DNA from: Somniosus microcephalus
Lineage: Eukaryota
Direction: 5' to 3'
DNA length: 64,000 nt
Assembly: GCA_052327205.1 (NCBI GenBank)
Contig: CM126222.1
Coordinates: 57,846,001 to 57,910,000, forward strand
The translations under genes were made by a program, and so were the position numbers. The notes under the pieces are model-generated. The model did not search any database, was not told the DNA's origin, and worked only from the letters and a program-made list of their open reading frames with translations. This document shows positions 48,208-59,155 of the stretch, in pieces (position 1 is the stretch's first letter; every line of letters begins with the position of its first letter).

Positions 48208-48778
48208 AACCCTCATCCATGCCTTTGTTACCTCTAGTCTCGACTAATTCCAATACTCTTCTGGCCAGCTTCCCACCTTGCACTCTCCGTAAACTTGAGC
48301 TGCCCATGTCCTAACTCGCACCAAATTCCGTTCACCCATCAACCCTGTGCTCACTGACCTACGTTGGCTCCCGGTTAAGCAACGCCTTGATTTTACAATT
48401 CTCACCCTTGTTTTAAAATCCCTCCATGGCCTCGCCCCATCCTATCACTGTAACCTCCTCCAGCCCTATAACCCTCCGAGATCTTGCTGCTCCACTTTTG
48501 GCCTCTTGCAGAACCCCCTATTTTAATCGCTCCACCATTGGTGGCCGTCCCTTCAGCTGCCTAGGACTTAAGCTCTGGAATTCCCTCCCTAAACCTCTCC
48601 ACCTCTCGCCTCCTTTATGACGCTTCTTAAAACCTACCTCTGACCAAGCTTTTGGTCACCCTGTCCTAATATCTCCTTATGTGACTCGGTGTCAAATTTT
48701 GTTTGATAACGCTCCTATGAAGCGCCCTGGGACGTTTTACTACGTTAAAGGTGCTAGTTAAATACAAGTTGTTCTTGT
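48208..48778 (+). mobile_element. L2-type LINE 3' fragment
   Basis: Homologous to 10112..10680. Confidence 0.82.
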
Positions 48779-48894
48779 ATGTTTATACATCAACTTGAAT
48801 CTGTTACTAAAGAATCAGCAGGTGTTTTAGATTTTGTTTGACTGGTCCCCTGTATGATCGGAATAAAATATTATAAAATATTCACCTCATTCAG

Positions 48895-49070
48895 GTGCAG
48901 CTGACAGAGACGGACCAAAAATGCTGAAATTTGTCAACAGTTTTAACAAAAGTAAGCTCGGAGAGTATTTGGGAGGTCAGAGCAAAGAAGGAAAGTGCGA
49001 CCTTGGTCAGCGATACCTGACTGATTTTATTCTGATGACCATTAATATCTCATCGTTTGCTGAAGTTGAG
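48895..49070 (+). CDS. RNF213: RNF213 exon 24 AADRDG...RYLTDFILMT...AEVE
   Basis: attcag acceptor, GAG|gtaagt donor, phase 1/0. Confidence 0.9.
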
Positions 49071-49393
49071 GTAAGTCTGATTACAGTTGAAAAAACCTAC
49101 AATGTTTCTTTAAAACAACTTTTACTAACTAATGATTTAACTGGGCAGATAACTTGTATATTGAACTCTCTAGTTTCTCCACTATATACGTCCCTAATAT
49201 CCCACATCAACTGGGATGGAAGCAAATAACTTGTGGACCCCTCCACAATTTGTAACAGTGAGGCTGTTAGGTAACAACTGACGCAACCAACTGAATGGGA
49301 ATCTGAACTTTATCTAATCAGTGTATGATGCTGGAGTGATAACACCATTGGTACCTCACTGACATTAAAGGAACAATCTGTGCAGCAGCAATA

Positions 49394-49902
49394 AAAACAG
49401 AAAATGCTGGAGAAACTCAGCAGGTCAGGCAGCATCTGTGAAGAGAGAAGCAAAGTTAACGTTTCAGGTCGATGACCTTTCGTCAGAACTGGAAAAAAGC
49501 AGGAAATGGAACAGATTTTTAAGCAAGTGAAGGGGCTGGGAAAGGGGGGAGGGGATGAAAGAACAAAAGGGAAGGTCTGTGATAGGATAGAAGGCAGGAG
49601 AGGTTAAGAGTCATTAAGAGATATTCAAGGCAAAAGGAGATGATAATAGAATGGGTTAAGAAACAAAGGATGGCTCTAGGTGGAGTGTAAATTGTGCTGG
49701 CAGAGTGAAAGACAGCTGCCATGTGGGGGAGAAGAAAAAAAGACACAGACAAAAAGTGTGAATACAAAATATTTATATATATATGATGATAGGGGCCGAG
49801 ATTATGATCTGAAATTGTTGAACTCTATGTTGAGTCCAGAAGGCTGTAAAGTGCCTAATCGAAAGATGAGGTGCTGTTCCTCGAGCTTCCGCTGAGCTTC
49901 CG
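49394..49902 (-). mobile_element. Penelope-like element 3' part
   Basis: QRKLEEQHLIFRLGTLQPSGLNIEFNNFRS; terminal repeat with hammerhead. Confidence 0.8.
49454..49490 (-). ncRNA. Minimal type I hammerhead ribozyme motif, intact core, antisense to RNF213
   Basis: Reverse complement: AGTT-CTGACGA-A-AGGTC-ATC-GACCT-GAAA-CGTT-AACT. Confidence 0.75.
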
Positions 49903-50446
49903 TGTGCAGGAGTAATACCGCACTAGAATGAAGGAGTCTTCTATCTGGTAAAATGAGCACGGTTGCCGATGAAAATGACCGCATCATTCAACAGCTTTGA
50001 AATTAGAAAAGGACAAGGGTGTGCGAGAAATGGAAATGTTCCACTGATAAACATCACTGACATGGGAAGCAAAATGGCAACTAGCACAAGCAAAAGTGGG
50101 ACAGACAAAACATACGAATTGAACGTTAAGCTTTCAAGCCGTGTTCTGCACAAACATTAGCATCCCCAAGAATGAGCCACAACAGTGTCAGTTAAGCAGA
50201 ACGTATTAAGTGTTTCTGTTGTACACCAGCAGTTAAAATGTGTTTGGCACTGAATGTTTAACTGTGCTGAATCAACCATCAGTACTGATAAGAAGGCTGC
50301 TCCTCGCCACAGCCCCACTTAATTCAGTGAGAGCCAAAGACAAGATCCATCATGTATGTCACTAAAATGGCTGGGGCTCTAGTGGGCTGTGTTCTCATTC
50401 GCAAAGCTGAAGTTTCACCTGTTGCATAGAAACATTGTTCTATAGC

Positions 50447-50578
50447 GGCCCTGAATTTCCTCGGATTTTCTGCCAGCTACATCACCATAACTTTGCCGGA
50501 AGTGCGGCAGGTTTTCCGACACAATTCCGGCAAAGTTACGGCAACACATTGGCAGAAATGGGGAGGAAATTCAGGGGC
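50447..50578. mobile_element. About 130-bp hairpin MITE
   Basis: CCCTGAATTTCCTC/GAGGAAATTCAGGG termini and internal TAACTTTGCCGGAA/TTCCGGCAAAGTTA arms. Confidence 0.7.
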
Positions 50579-50660
50579 TGACTATTTTGAATTATTTTCG
50601 GTTGAAGGTACTCCACTTGCACTGAATGTTGTTTTCCTGTTTATTTATATTTTTAATAAG

Positions 50661-50876
50661 GTTTTCAAGGTCGCATTCATTTCCTGCCTGAACGAACTTC
50701 ACAATGATTGTGGTCTGACCCTTCAAGAGCAATCGCCTCCCTGGATACACATTGCATATAACATTTTCAAAAACCGTCTACATAATCTGTCCAAGACAAT
50801 TATGTTCTCTCCAAAAATCCTGGAACACCTTCATCGTTACATACAGGAAACATTGAGTTCTAATCCTCAGGAAATG
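50661..50876 (+). CDS. RNF213: RNF213 exon 25 VFKVAFISCLNEL...PWIHIAYNIFKNRL...PQEM
   Basis: aataag acceptor, ATG|gtgagt donor, phase 0/0. Confidence 0.9.
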
Positions 50877-51239
50877 GTGAGTCTTATGAAAATAATACAA
50901 AATGTTTAAAGCTTATGAAGAATTTGATAGTAAAATGCAAGGTTCTTCAAACTGTCATTTTACTGACAAGACAGATCCATTTTGTTTTATCCTTCAGTCA
51001 TTCAGTCTATCCTCACTTTGACAGTATAATATATATATATTTCTGTTATTCAATTAAAGACTGTCCTTGTATCATGCTTAACATGCACATTTTGCAATTC
51101 TGTGATTCTGATTCTCAGTGCTACCTGACACTCAAATCTGCTGGTTGTATTTCTGATGACGTAACTCCATTCTTGGAGAGCAGAGTGTAATGAGAGTACA
51201 ATAGCAAAATACTGCGGATGCTGGAAATCTGAAATAACA

Positions 51240-51327
51240 ACAGAAAATGCTGGAAACACTCAGCAGGCCAGGCAGCATCCGTGGAGAGATGCTGCCTGGC
51301 CTGCTGAGTGTTTCCAGCATTTTCTGT
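51240..51327. repeat. Perfect 40-bp-arm inverted repeat (8-nt spacer), Penelope terminal-repeat derived
   Basis: ACAGAAAATGCTGG...GCAGCATC and its reverse complement; flanking direct repeat TGTAATGAGAGTA. Confidence 0.9.
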
Positions 51328-52659
51328 AATGAGAGTATCTGTTCACTGGCGTTCCACGTGCAGCTTCCTCAGTAACAACCGGGAGAAAGAGCAGGATTAC
51401 GATCAGCAGTTACTTACTCCTTGCTGTGCTGCTTCCGCCAGTTGTGTTATTCAGACCATTGAATTTAAAACAATTTAAAGAAACAGTGATTTTTTAAATC
51501 CTAAGAGGTAACGTTACTATTTAGTGCCAGTGAAAAAAGGTCATCTCTTAATTTATGGGTTTTGAACAACATTGTTGAATTCAGTAACTCTCAACCATGG
51601 CCGGCTCATTAAGAGCTCGCTATTTCTTGACAAGGACTTGATGCAAATGTTTTAAAAATCAATATTTTATAAAGATTTGCCCCAGGGATAACTATGCTGA
51701 AGTCTGAAGAGACAGGACTGGTGGCATGACATCGCCCAACAGAACTCCTTCCAGTTCCATTTCCTAAGGCTATAACAAACATGCTTTCTGTTAGTTGAGT
51801 AAAGAGCAGCGTGAACATCAAAGAAAATTGACACAAAGTTCTCAGTCGCTCATGCTATGGAGGGAGAAGCAAATGCAAATCTTTGGGGAAAAAAAGTAAA
51901 TAAAAATAAATTCTCCGGGTGTGGACTGTTATACACAACTCAGTTGGGCTTCTTCCTGCAGCATTTTTGATGCCAGTGTGATTGTATTTTGGTGCTGAAG
52001 ACATGGCCGTGAAATTCTTGGATTTGGGACCGTGCTGTGGCAGGGTGAGCTGGGCAGACGAGGTCAAGTTCAGGGTGGGACCCAGTTCCACTGGGATCTC
52101 TTCCCCATTTTAGAAACATTGAAAAAATCCAGCAGAGGTTTGGGGTGGGGACTTCTTATTTCCACCTTCCTGTGCTGATGACTGAAGAGACAGGATTGGT
52201 GGCATGACATCGCCCAACAGAACTCCTGCCAGTGCCACTTCCTTTGACCCCCCCAAACGTAATGCATGCTGCAGGCGTTCTTGTGTGCCACGATAACATC
52301 CTGGCAGAAGTGGCGCCGAAAGTGGCAGTTTCCTCACGGCAGTTGATCACAGAAGAAATCTGAATTGTTCTTGGCCATAAGGCAAGGTGCCTTTCAAAAG
52401 TTCCGGGTCCCCCATGGGGTGGATGCCCAGGGCATGGCAGGAAAAGGCGGGCACTTGCCCTCTTTAAGAAATGACTCGGTCCCTGAGACTTGAGACCGGG
52501 TCAGGGCCAGGGTGGACTGGTAGTGGAGCTCCAGACATTTTGAGGCCACTCACTGTCTTGTTATACACCAGGTGTAGCTCTAGATACTGTAGAATAATAA
52601 CTACTAATTAAAGTGGTCATGACCTAGAGCAATATCATCAAGCAGACATTTTATGTTGA

Positions 52660-53075
52660 AGCAACGTCTCGATTTTAAAATTCTCATCCTTGTTTTCAAA
52701 TCCTTCCATGGCCTTGCCCCTCCCTATCTCTGTAACCTGCTCCAGCCCCACAACCCTCCGTGATATCTGCGCTCCTCTAATTCTGGCCTCTTGAGCATCC
52801 CCGATTTTAATTGCTCAACTATTGGTGGCTGTGCCTTCAGCTGCCTAGGCCCTAAGCTCTGGAAATCCCTCCCTAAACCTCTCCACCTCTCGACCTCTAT
52901 TTCCTCCTTTAAGACGCTTGTTAAAATCTACCTCTTTGACCAAGCTTTTGGTCACCTGCCCTAATATCTCCTTATGTGGCTCAGTGTCAAATTTTGTTTT
53001 ATAATGCTCCTGTGAAGTGCCTTGGGACGTTTTATTATGTTAAAAGTGCTAAATAAATGCAAGTTGTTGTTGTTT
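52660..53075 (+). mobile_element. L2-type LINE 3' fragment
   Basis: Homologous to 10265..10680; (GTT)n tail. Confidence 0.82.
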
Positions 53076-53189
53076 TATAAAACTTGACAAAGACATTGAG
53101 AAATCTTGCTGCTTCCACATTTATCAATGTTGACATTACTTAAAGAGAACTTCTCTTCAAAAAGTGTAATGTTTGTGTTTATTTTTCAG

Positions 53190-53377
53190 ACTCTTGACAT
53201 ACTTGCTGCTTACGCATGTGCTGAAAGGGCTCAAGCTTTAGATATTGTGACAATCAAAGACTGTGTAGAACTAATAGAAATAGTGGAAACCGTACAGCCA
53301 TCAGTTGAACTAGTTTATGACAAAAACTACATCAAAGCGTGCAGCCCAACATGCCAGCAAACGATTGCTCAGATCAG
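53190..53377 (+). CDS. RNF213: RNF213 exon 26 TLDILAAYACAE...QQTIAQIR with predicted GC donor
   Basis: tttcag acceptor; CAG|gcaagc donor in phase 2 matches the next exon; an alternative phase-2 GT donor lies at 53495. Confidence 0.8.
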
Positions 53378-54359
53378 GCAAGCCTCACATTCTGTTCATC
53401 TCGTGCACTACCTGCTGATAGAAGTGTTGTTTCATGTTGCAAACAGCCCCACTTTATTCCAGGTCTGTGGCTATATTTTCCTCCAGTCACTAATGTAAGT
53501 GGAGAAGTCAATGCAAGTATAAAATGTATTCCCCATTTGACACTCGCATCAATGTTTTCACTCCCGCTAGTGACTGTGAACCTGGACGAAAATATTCTTG
53601 CTGGTCTCCCCAGCTATCAGCCGATTGTTCTGACATTGTCGTCGAAACTCAAACCATCATTAAAAACTTTTAGAACACTGGATTACTACTTTGTTAACCA
53701 ACAGGGTACATTAGGTTGCTGCCTAGTATGGCCTGCACAGACCACGATCTAGCACAGCAAGGTTCAAGCATAATCTGTCCAATTTGGCCACTATAACAAA
53801 CAATTGTCTTTACAATCTATTCTATTAATATTTCCAATTCCATATGATGAATTATGTATGTAAATACATATGTTTTGGAAACTTGTTTGGAAAGCAGTTC
53901 ATTTTTTAAAATGTAAAACGGGTTTTCCGCTGTATGAGGTTTTTTTAAAACCGCTAACACAGAGCAATATATAGTTTTCCTACCCTTTGTGCTCTGAGAC
54001 TTCCATTGTTTTACTAGTTTATGTAATAAATCACTTTAGCATGTTATATGGTAGAGGAAGCAGAGGACAATACAGGTCTATGGGGAGAGAAGAGGGCAGT
54101 GGCATTAGTTTTGGATTGCAGCCAGGACAGACACGGTGTGGAAAAGCCCCTCGCTGCTGCCTGCCACGTGAGAGCGAGCACTCAGCCTGTGGGAGATTGT
54201 GGTATGAGCTGATTGCATAACCTTCTACCTACCATCACGTAAACTCTGTAGACACTTCAGTTCTGATAAAGTTCCTGTTTTTTTATTGTTACAATGAACA
54301 GTTTCAATTTTAGAATCACTGTAAAGAGTAGTAATGTTAGTTATTTTATTATCTGTTAG

Positions 54360-54480
54360 ATCACACTGGGACTGTGCACTTGTGTTGAGCGTGTTTATCG
54401 AACATGTCGTTTTCAGTGTAGCTGACACTGATCCCAGGTTACGAGACGTTGCTGTAAAACACTGCGCACAGCTTCAGAAG
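54360..54480 (+). CDS. RNF213: RNF213 exon 27 SHWDCALVLSVFIEHVV...QLQK
   Basis: tgttag acceptor, AAG|gtaaac donor, phase 2/0. Confidence 0.9.
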
Positions 54481-55387
54481 GTAAACAACATGACCAGGTT
54501 AAAAAAAAACTGTGCAATGAAAGAATTTGTCCAAATGTACACAGGGACGTGTACATGGTAATCATATATTTTAAATGATTTTGGCTTATTATAAAAAAAA
54601 TTGTTTGCATATTAAGAATGATAAGCACATGAGATTCATGGGTGTCTCTTTAACTCTCATCTTCAGTAGCGTAGACTGACAGGTAACCCTTGGGTTACAT
54701 ACATATATCTCAACAATCTGCACTGGTGAATAGCTCACTGTGTCCACACAGTATCACTGAATGAAAGGTTATATTGCTTGTCAGCTCATAGTCACACAGG
54801 GGCCATCTTCCTATTCATGTAAAGTTAACAAAAAACTCTACACGATAGCTTAGCAAAATAATTCTTCTTTAACTTTACACACAGGAAAATATATCCTGTA
54901 ATCCCTTGTTCCTAATCTGGTCAACATGAACATCCTTTTTGTACCAGTAACCACCTGCTTTAGGATTTCCACCCATTGTTTATCACCACCTATACTTTTT
55001 TGAGAAGTTCAACATTTACAGTTTCTTCCCCTGTGGTAATTTTTTTTTGCAGCAGATTTTACATAAAATCTCTACTATATCAAAACTTCCATCGAACTTT
55101 TCTCAAAATGTCAAGGCCATTATCCCCAAGCATTTGAAAGTCAAGTATAGCACAGGCCGAATTAGATTAAAACTCCCTCTACTCTGCCCCAAAATGTGCC
55201 CGAACCCAAGTCTCAGAAGAGCCCCTTACTGAAGTAGTACAAATTCTTCAATTTTCCACAACAGCCGTCCTTAATAGGCTGCCAATTTCTGCCTAATTGT
55301 AGTCATTTTATGCTGTGGTCTTGTCAAAGTTCATTTCATGTAAACCCCTCACAGCCAACACTTTCTTCCCTCCTGGTTGTGCTGCAC

Positions 55388-55740
55388 AGGAACGTAGGAA
55401 CAGGAGTAGGCCATTCAGCCCCTCGAGTCTGTTCCGCCATTCAATGAGATCATGGCTGATCTGTGACCTAACTCCATATCAGTCTCAGCTTTAAAATTAA
55501 CAATTGACCGAGCATCGACCTTTGTTCTACCACCCTTTGCATGTGGAAATGTTTCCTAACCTCGCTCCCGAAATGCCTGCCTTTAATTTTTAGTCTATGT
55601 CCCCTAGTCCTAGACTCCTCAACCAATGGAAATAGTTTCTCTCTATCTACCCTATCAGTTCCCCTTAATATCTTGAAACCTTCGATCAAATCATCCCATA
55701 ACCTCCTAAATTCCAGTGAATAAAACCCTAGTTTGTGTAT
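55388..55740 (-). mobile_element. CR1 3' fragment
   Basis: IEGFKILRG.DRVDREKLFPL...TRGHRLK. Confidence 0.82.
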
Positions 55741-56275
55741 TCAACCCCAGGTCTCAGATTAAACAAAACTGTACCGCCTGATTGACTTTTGTACAGTTCA
55801 TTTAACTGAATCCTTTGAGAGGACAAAATGTCAATAAATAATTCCTCAAGGAACTTTTTCCCAGAAAAGCTTCTGCAAGTTATTTTTCTTCAAAGGCTAA
55901 AGCTCCATCAAATGTACTGTTGATAATATGAGAGGACGAAGGCTTAATGCATTCTTATGACATTTGTCGGCTCCTTCCTCTGTCCACTGTTTCAATAGGG
56001 GCACTTAACTCATTTAATATAAATGGGCGAACTGCTCTTAAGATACCAGACAGAAGAATGTTGTATGGATGTGTTAATTGTTCTGCCATTAAAATCACTA
56101 ACAGTAATTTCTAGGCTTGGATCTCATAATGTTGCATGAGTTTTTGATGAGAGGATTTATATATTGTCATTTAGAAGTTTCCCATGCTTTTTGACTCTGC
56201 CATTATTCCATTTCCTTATGTAGAATTAGTTTTGTGGTTATGTTGAACAATAATTTATTTAATGGTTGTACACAG

Positions 56276-56376
56276 ATCCTCAGAACATCCTCTGATCTGA
56301 AAAAGAACAAAACAGTTGAAGGAGTGATTGAAGTACTGCAGTCGTGCAATGAGGAATCTAGTCACTTGGACTATAG
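56276..56376 (+). CDS. RNF213: RNF213 exon 28 ILRTSSDLK...VIEVLQSCNEE...YR
   Basis: acacag acceptor, TAG|gtaaat donor, phase 0/2. Confidence 0.9.
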
Positions 56377-57100
56377 GTAAATTTGACTCATAAGTACGCA
56401 TTTATTGCCTAATCTCATGTAGTTCTTGCAAATAATTGCGTTGCTGGGTGTTAAAGTGCCATTTTTGGCCAGCGGCTCTATCCAATTTGCCTTTGTTCTT
56501 TGAATTAGTGCTTGGCATCTGTTACACGGTGCTGTGCACTGATGCTGCAACACACAATGCCACAACACTGCCCAAACACAGAGAATGTTAATGGGCCTAA
56601 AGTGTTCATCTAAAAGAAATAGACCCTGAAGATATATTATAGCGCCTTGGCAGCCAATGCAGTAAAGTCAAACGTCAACTCAAATTTCTCTCCACGGATG
56701 TTGCCTGACCTGCTGAGTTTTTCCAGCATTTTCTGTTGTTATTGCAGTAAAGTGCTTCTCTACCAACCAGCAGATGGCGGGGTCAAATTTTGTGTTGTCT
56801 GGAACTCGAGACTGAAGGACTCAGTTGGGATGAGTTTTTGATGAGAGGATTTATATATTGTCATTTAGAAGTTTCCCATGCTTTGCTGAACCCCGAACAG
56901 AGAGAAATTCTACACTAGAAGAGAAAAAATACTAAGCGTGGCTGCTCGCTTGAATCATGCCAAACACAAAATGCCAATTCTGCAGCCTGGGCCAATCTCT
57001 CCTTTCGGAAGAGAATGCAGGATAGCAAGCGGGGGTGCAGTGAGAAAGCCATGAATATTACAATGTCTCAGTATTTTCTTGCTGTGTTGTTCTACCTCAG

Positions 57101-57280
57101 GTATGGCATCAAAGAATGTCCAGTCTGCCTTGGTGTGCTGACAGATCCAGCCAGCCTTCCCTGTCAGCATGTTTTTTGTATCAACTGTCTGGAGCGGTCG
57201 CTTAAAACGCAAAGTTGTTGCCCAAAATGTAAGACAGCCGTGCCAGATTCCTATAAAGTCCAAGTCTCCGAACAACTCAA
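57101..57280 (+). CDS. RNF213: RNF213 exon 29: C3HC4 RING finger
   Basis: CPVC-x11-CQHVFCINC-x9-CPKC; cctcag acceptor, CAA|gtaagt donor, phase 2/2. Confidence 0.96.
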
Positions 57281-57414
57281 GTAAGTTTCACCCTTCAAAA
57301 TCAAGTTTCAGAGTTTTGTCCCTTACCTAATCACTTTAACAAAAGAGTACAAGAGTTTGTGGCGAAATTGACTACTTCTTTGGGACATTGTGAACAGGAT
57401 TTTCTACTGGATTT

Positions 57415-57970
57415 ATGTCGAACTACCTAGCTTCCCATGGCCTTGATGGAAACTTGCCTCACAGGTGATGACACCTTGCCCCTTACTGTAACCTCCTCGC
57501 CTGACTATACTTTCCACCACCTGCCCTGCCCAAACGGTCGCTGTGGCAGTGTGACGCTGGTCACCAAATCTCACCTTGGTCTGTCCCTCTCCTCCTTTGG
57601 CACCTTCTCCTCCTTTAAGCACCTCACCTTGTTCCGCCCCTCTTGCCTCTCCTTTAAGATTCTTGTTCTCTACCCAAATCCCACACCAAGTTTCTCACCA
57701 AGATATCCTCACTGCTTTCCCTCCATCAGTCTCAGCACCGAGTGACTCCTTATCCCCGGTGATTTCAACCTCCATTTCCACTCACCTTGCTCTCTCTCCT
57801 CTGAGGTCACTGCCCTCATTCTCCCTTAGCCTCAGCTCCCAGATAAACTCTCCTACCCATATTCATAGCTACCCCCTTAACCTTGCCATCTCACGTGGCC
57901 TCTCTATTCCCATCGCCTGAATCAGAGACAAGGCCTTAGCTAATCACTTTCTTCGATCCCTAGCCACTCA
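57415..57970 (+). mobile_element. L2-type LINE endonuclease-region fragment
   Basis: ALMETCL, GDFNLH and xNH-like APE endonuclease motifs in shifting frames. Confidence 0.65.
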
Positions 57971-58396
57971 AATGAGTTTCAACAATGATAAGTGTAAAGT
58001 ATTGCACATAAATTGAAAAAAAATGAGACTTAATTAGCCAGTAGAGGTGAAATTGTACAAGGTGACTTAACAATGGACCTCAATGGATTTTCAATGTCTG
58101 CATAATCTGGGGAAGCAATTTAAAAAGTTCATAGACTGCCAGAACAGCAGAATATAACTCTGCAGCATGCTACAGCCTTGCACTATACAATCAGACTGCA
58201 CTTAGACTACTGTGATCAGTTCTTCTTAAGAGTCAAAACCTGTAAATTGGAACTGCCTGTGAACCAGTACCTATGTGCTCCTGTACTATCAATGCACAGG
58301 CACACATAGGTACAGTAGGAATGATCTGGTATTGATCTGGTCTAACACTACAAAATAGTTCTATCTCTAAAATATATACATTTTTTAATTTTACAG

Positions 58397-58554
58397 AAAA
58401 GCTTTGAAAAAACATAATGACTTCCGCCAGAGGTGCAATATGTTTTTCATGGAGGTTGTTTCCAGGTTTTGCTTCAGCGAAGATTCTCCACCTTGTGATG
58501 AAGTGATTACGTTGCTGCTTTCATTGCTAATCGCAGTCAGAAAATCACCTGAAG
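58397..58554 (+). CDS. RNF213: RNF213 exon 30 KALKKHNDFRQRCNMFFMEVVSRFCF...
   Basis: ttacag acceptor, AAG|gtttgt donor, phase 2/1. Confidence 0.92.
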
Positions 58555-58809
58555 GTTTGTATTGTGATGGAAGGTAACAAATCTCCACTGACCTTAACGT
58601 TGATGATTTCACTCTGTCTTCAGGCATTCAGAGGCTGGTGATACAACGACAGGCGGCCAATACATGAATCCACTGCTCGGAAAGTTGGGCGGAGGCCTAG
58701 GCCTACACTGCACCTGGGGTGTCCCATCATGGGTAGTGAACACTAAGGGGGCTGCGCACGAACTCATCAGGCACACAACTTTAAAGCAATTGAGTTAGTC
58801 ACACCCATA

Positions 58810-59155
58810 GCACGGTGGCATAGTGGTTAGCACTGTTGCCTCACAGCGCCAGGGACCCGGGTTCGAATCCGGCCTCTGGTGACTGTGTGGAGTTTGCACA
58901 TTCTCCCCGTGTTTGCATGGGTTTCCTCCGGGTGCTCCGGTTTCCTCCCACAGTCCAAAGATGTGCGGGTTAGGTTGATTGACTATGATAAATTGATCCT
59001 TAGTGTTAGGGGGATTAAATACGTGGGGTTACGGGGATAGGGTGGGATATGTGTTGGTGCAGGGGTTACGGGGATCGGGTGGGATATGTGTCGGTGCAGG
59101 CTCGATGGGCCGAAATGGCCTCTATCTGCACTGTGGGGTTTCTGTGATTCTGTGA
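58810..59155 (+). mobile_element. HE1-like V-SINE, near full length
   Basis: A-box TGGCATAGTGG, B-box GGTTCGAATCC, V-domain, CR1-type tail TTCTGTGA. Confidence 0.9.

Noticed and set aside
53457-53468. CAG|GTCTGT as the donor of exon 26
   Set aside because: It is phase 0 and incompatible with the phase-2 acceptor at 54360.
58810-58885. tRNA gene (also SINE heads near 3600, 21800 and 40170)
   Set aside because: The A/B boxes run straight into SINE body sequence; these are tRNA-derived SINE heads.
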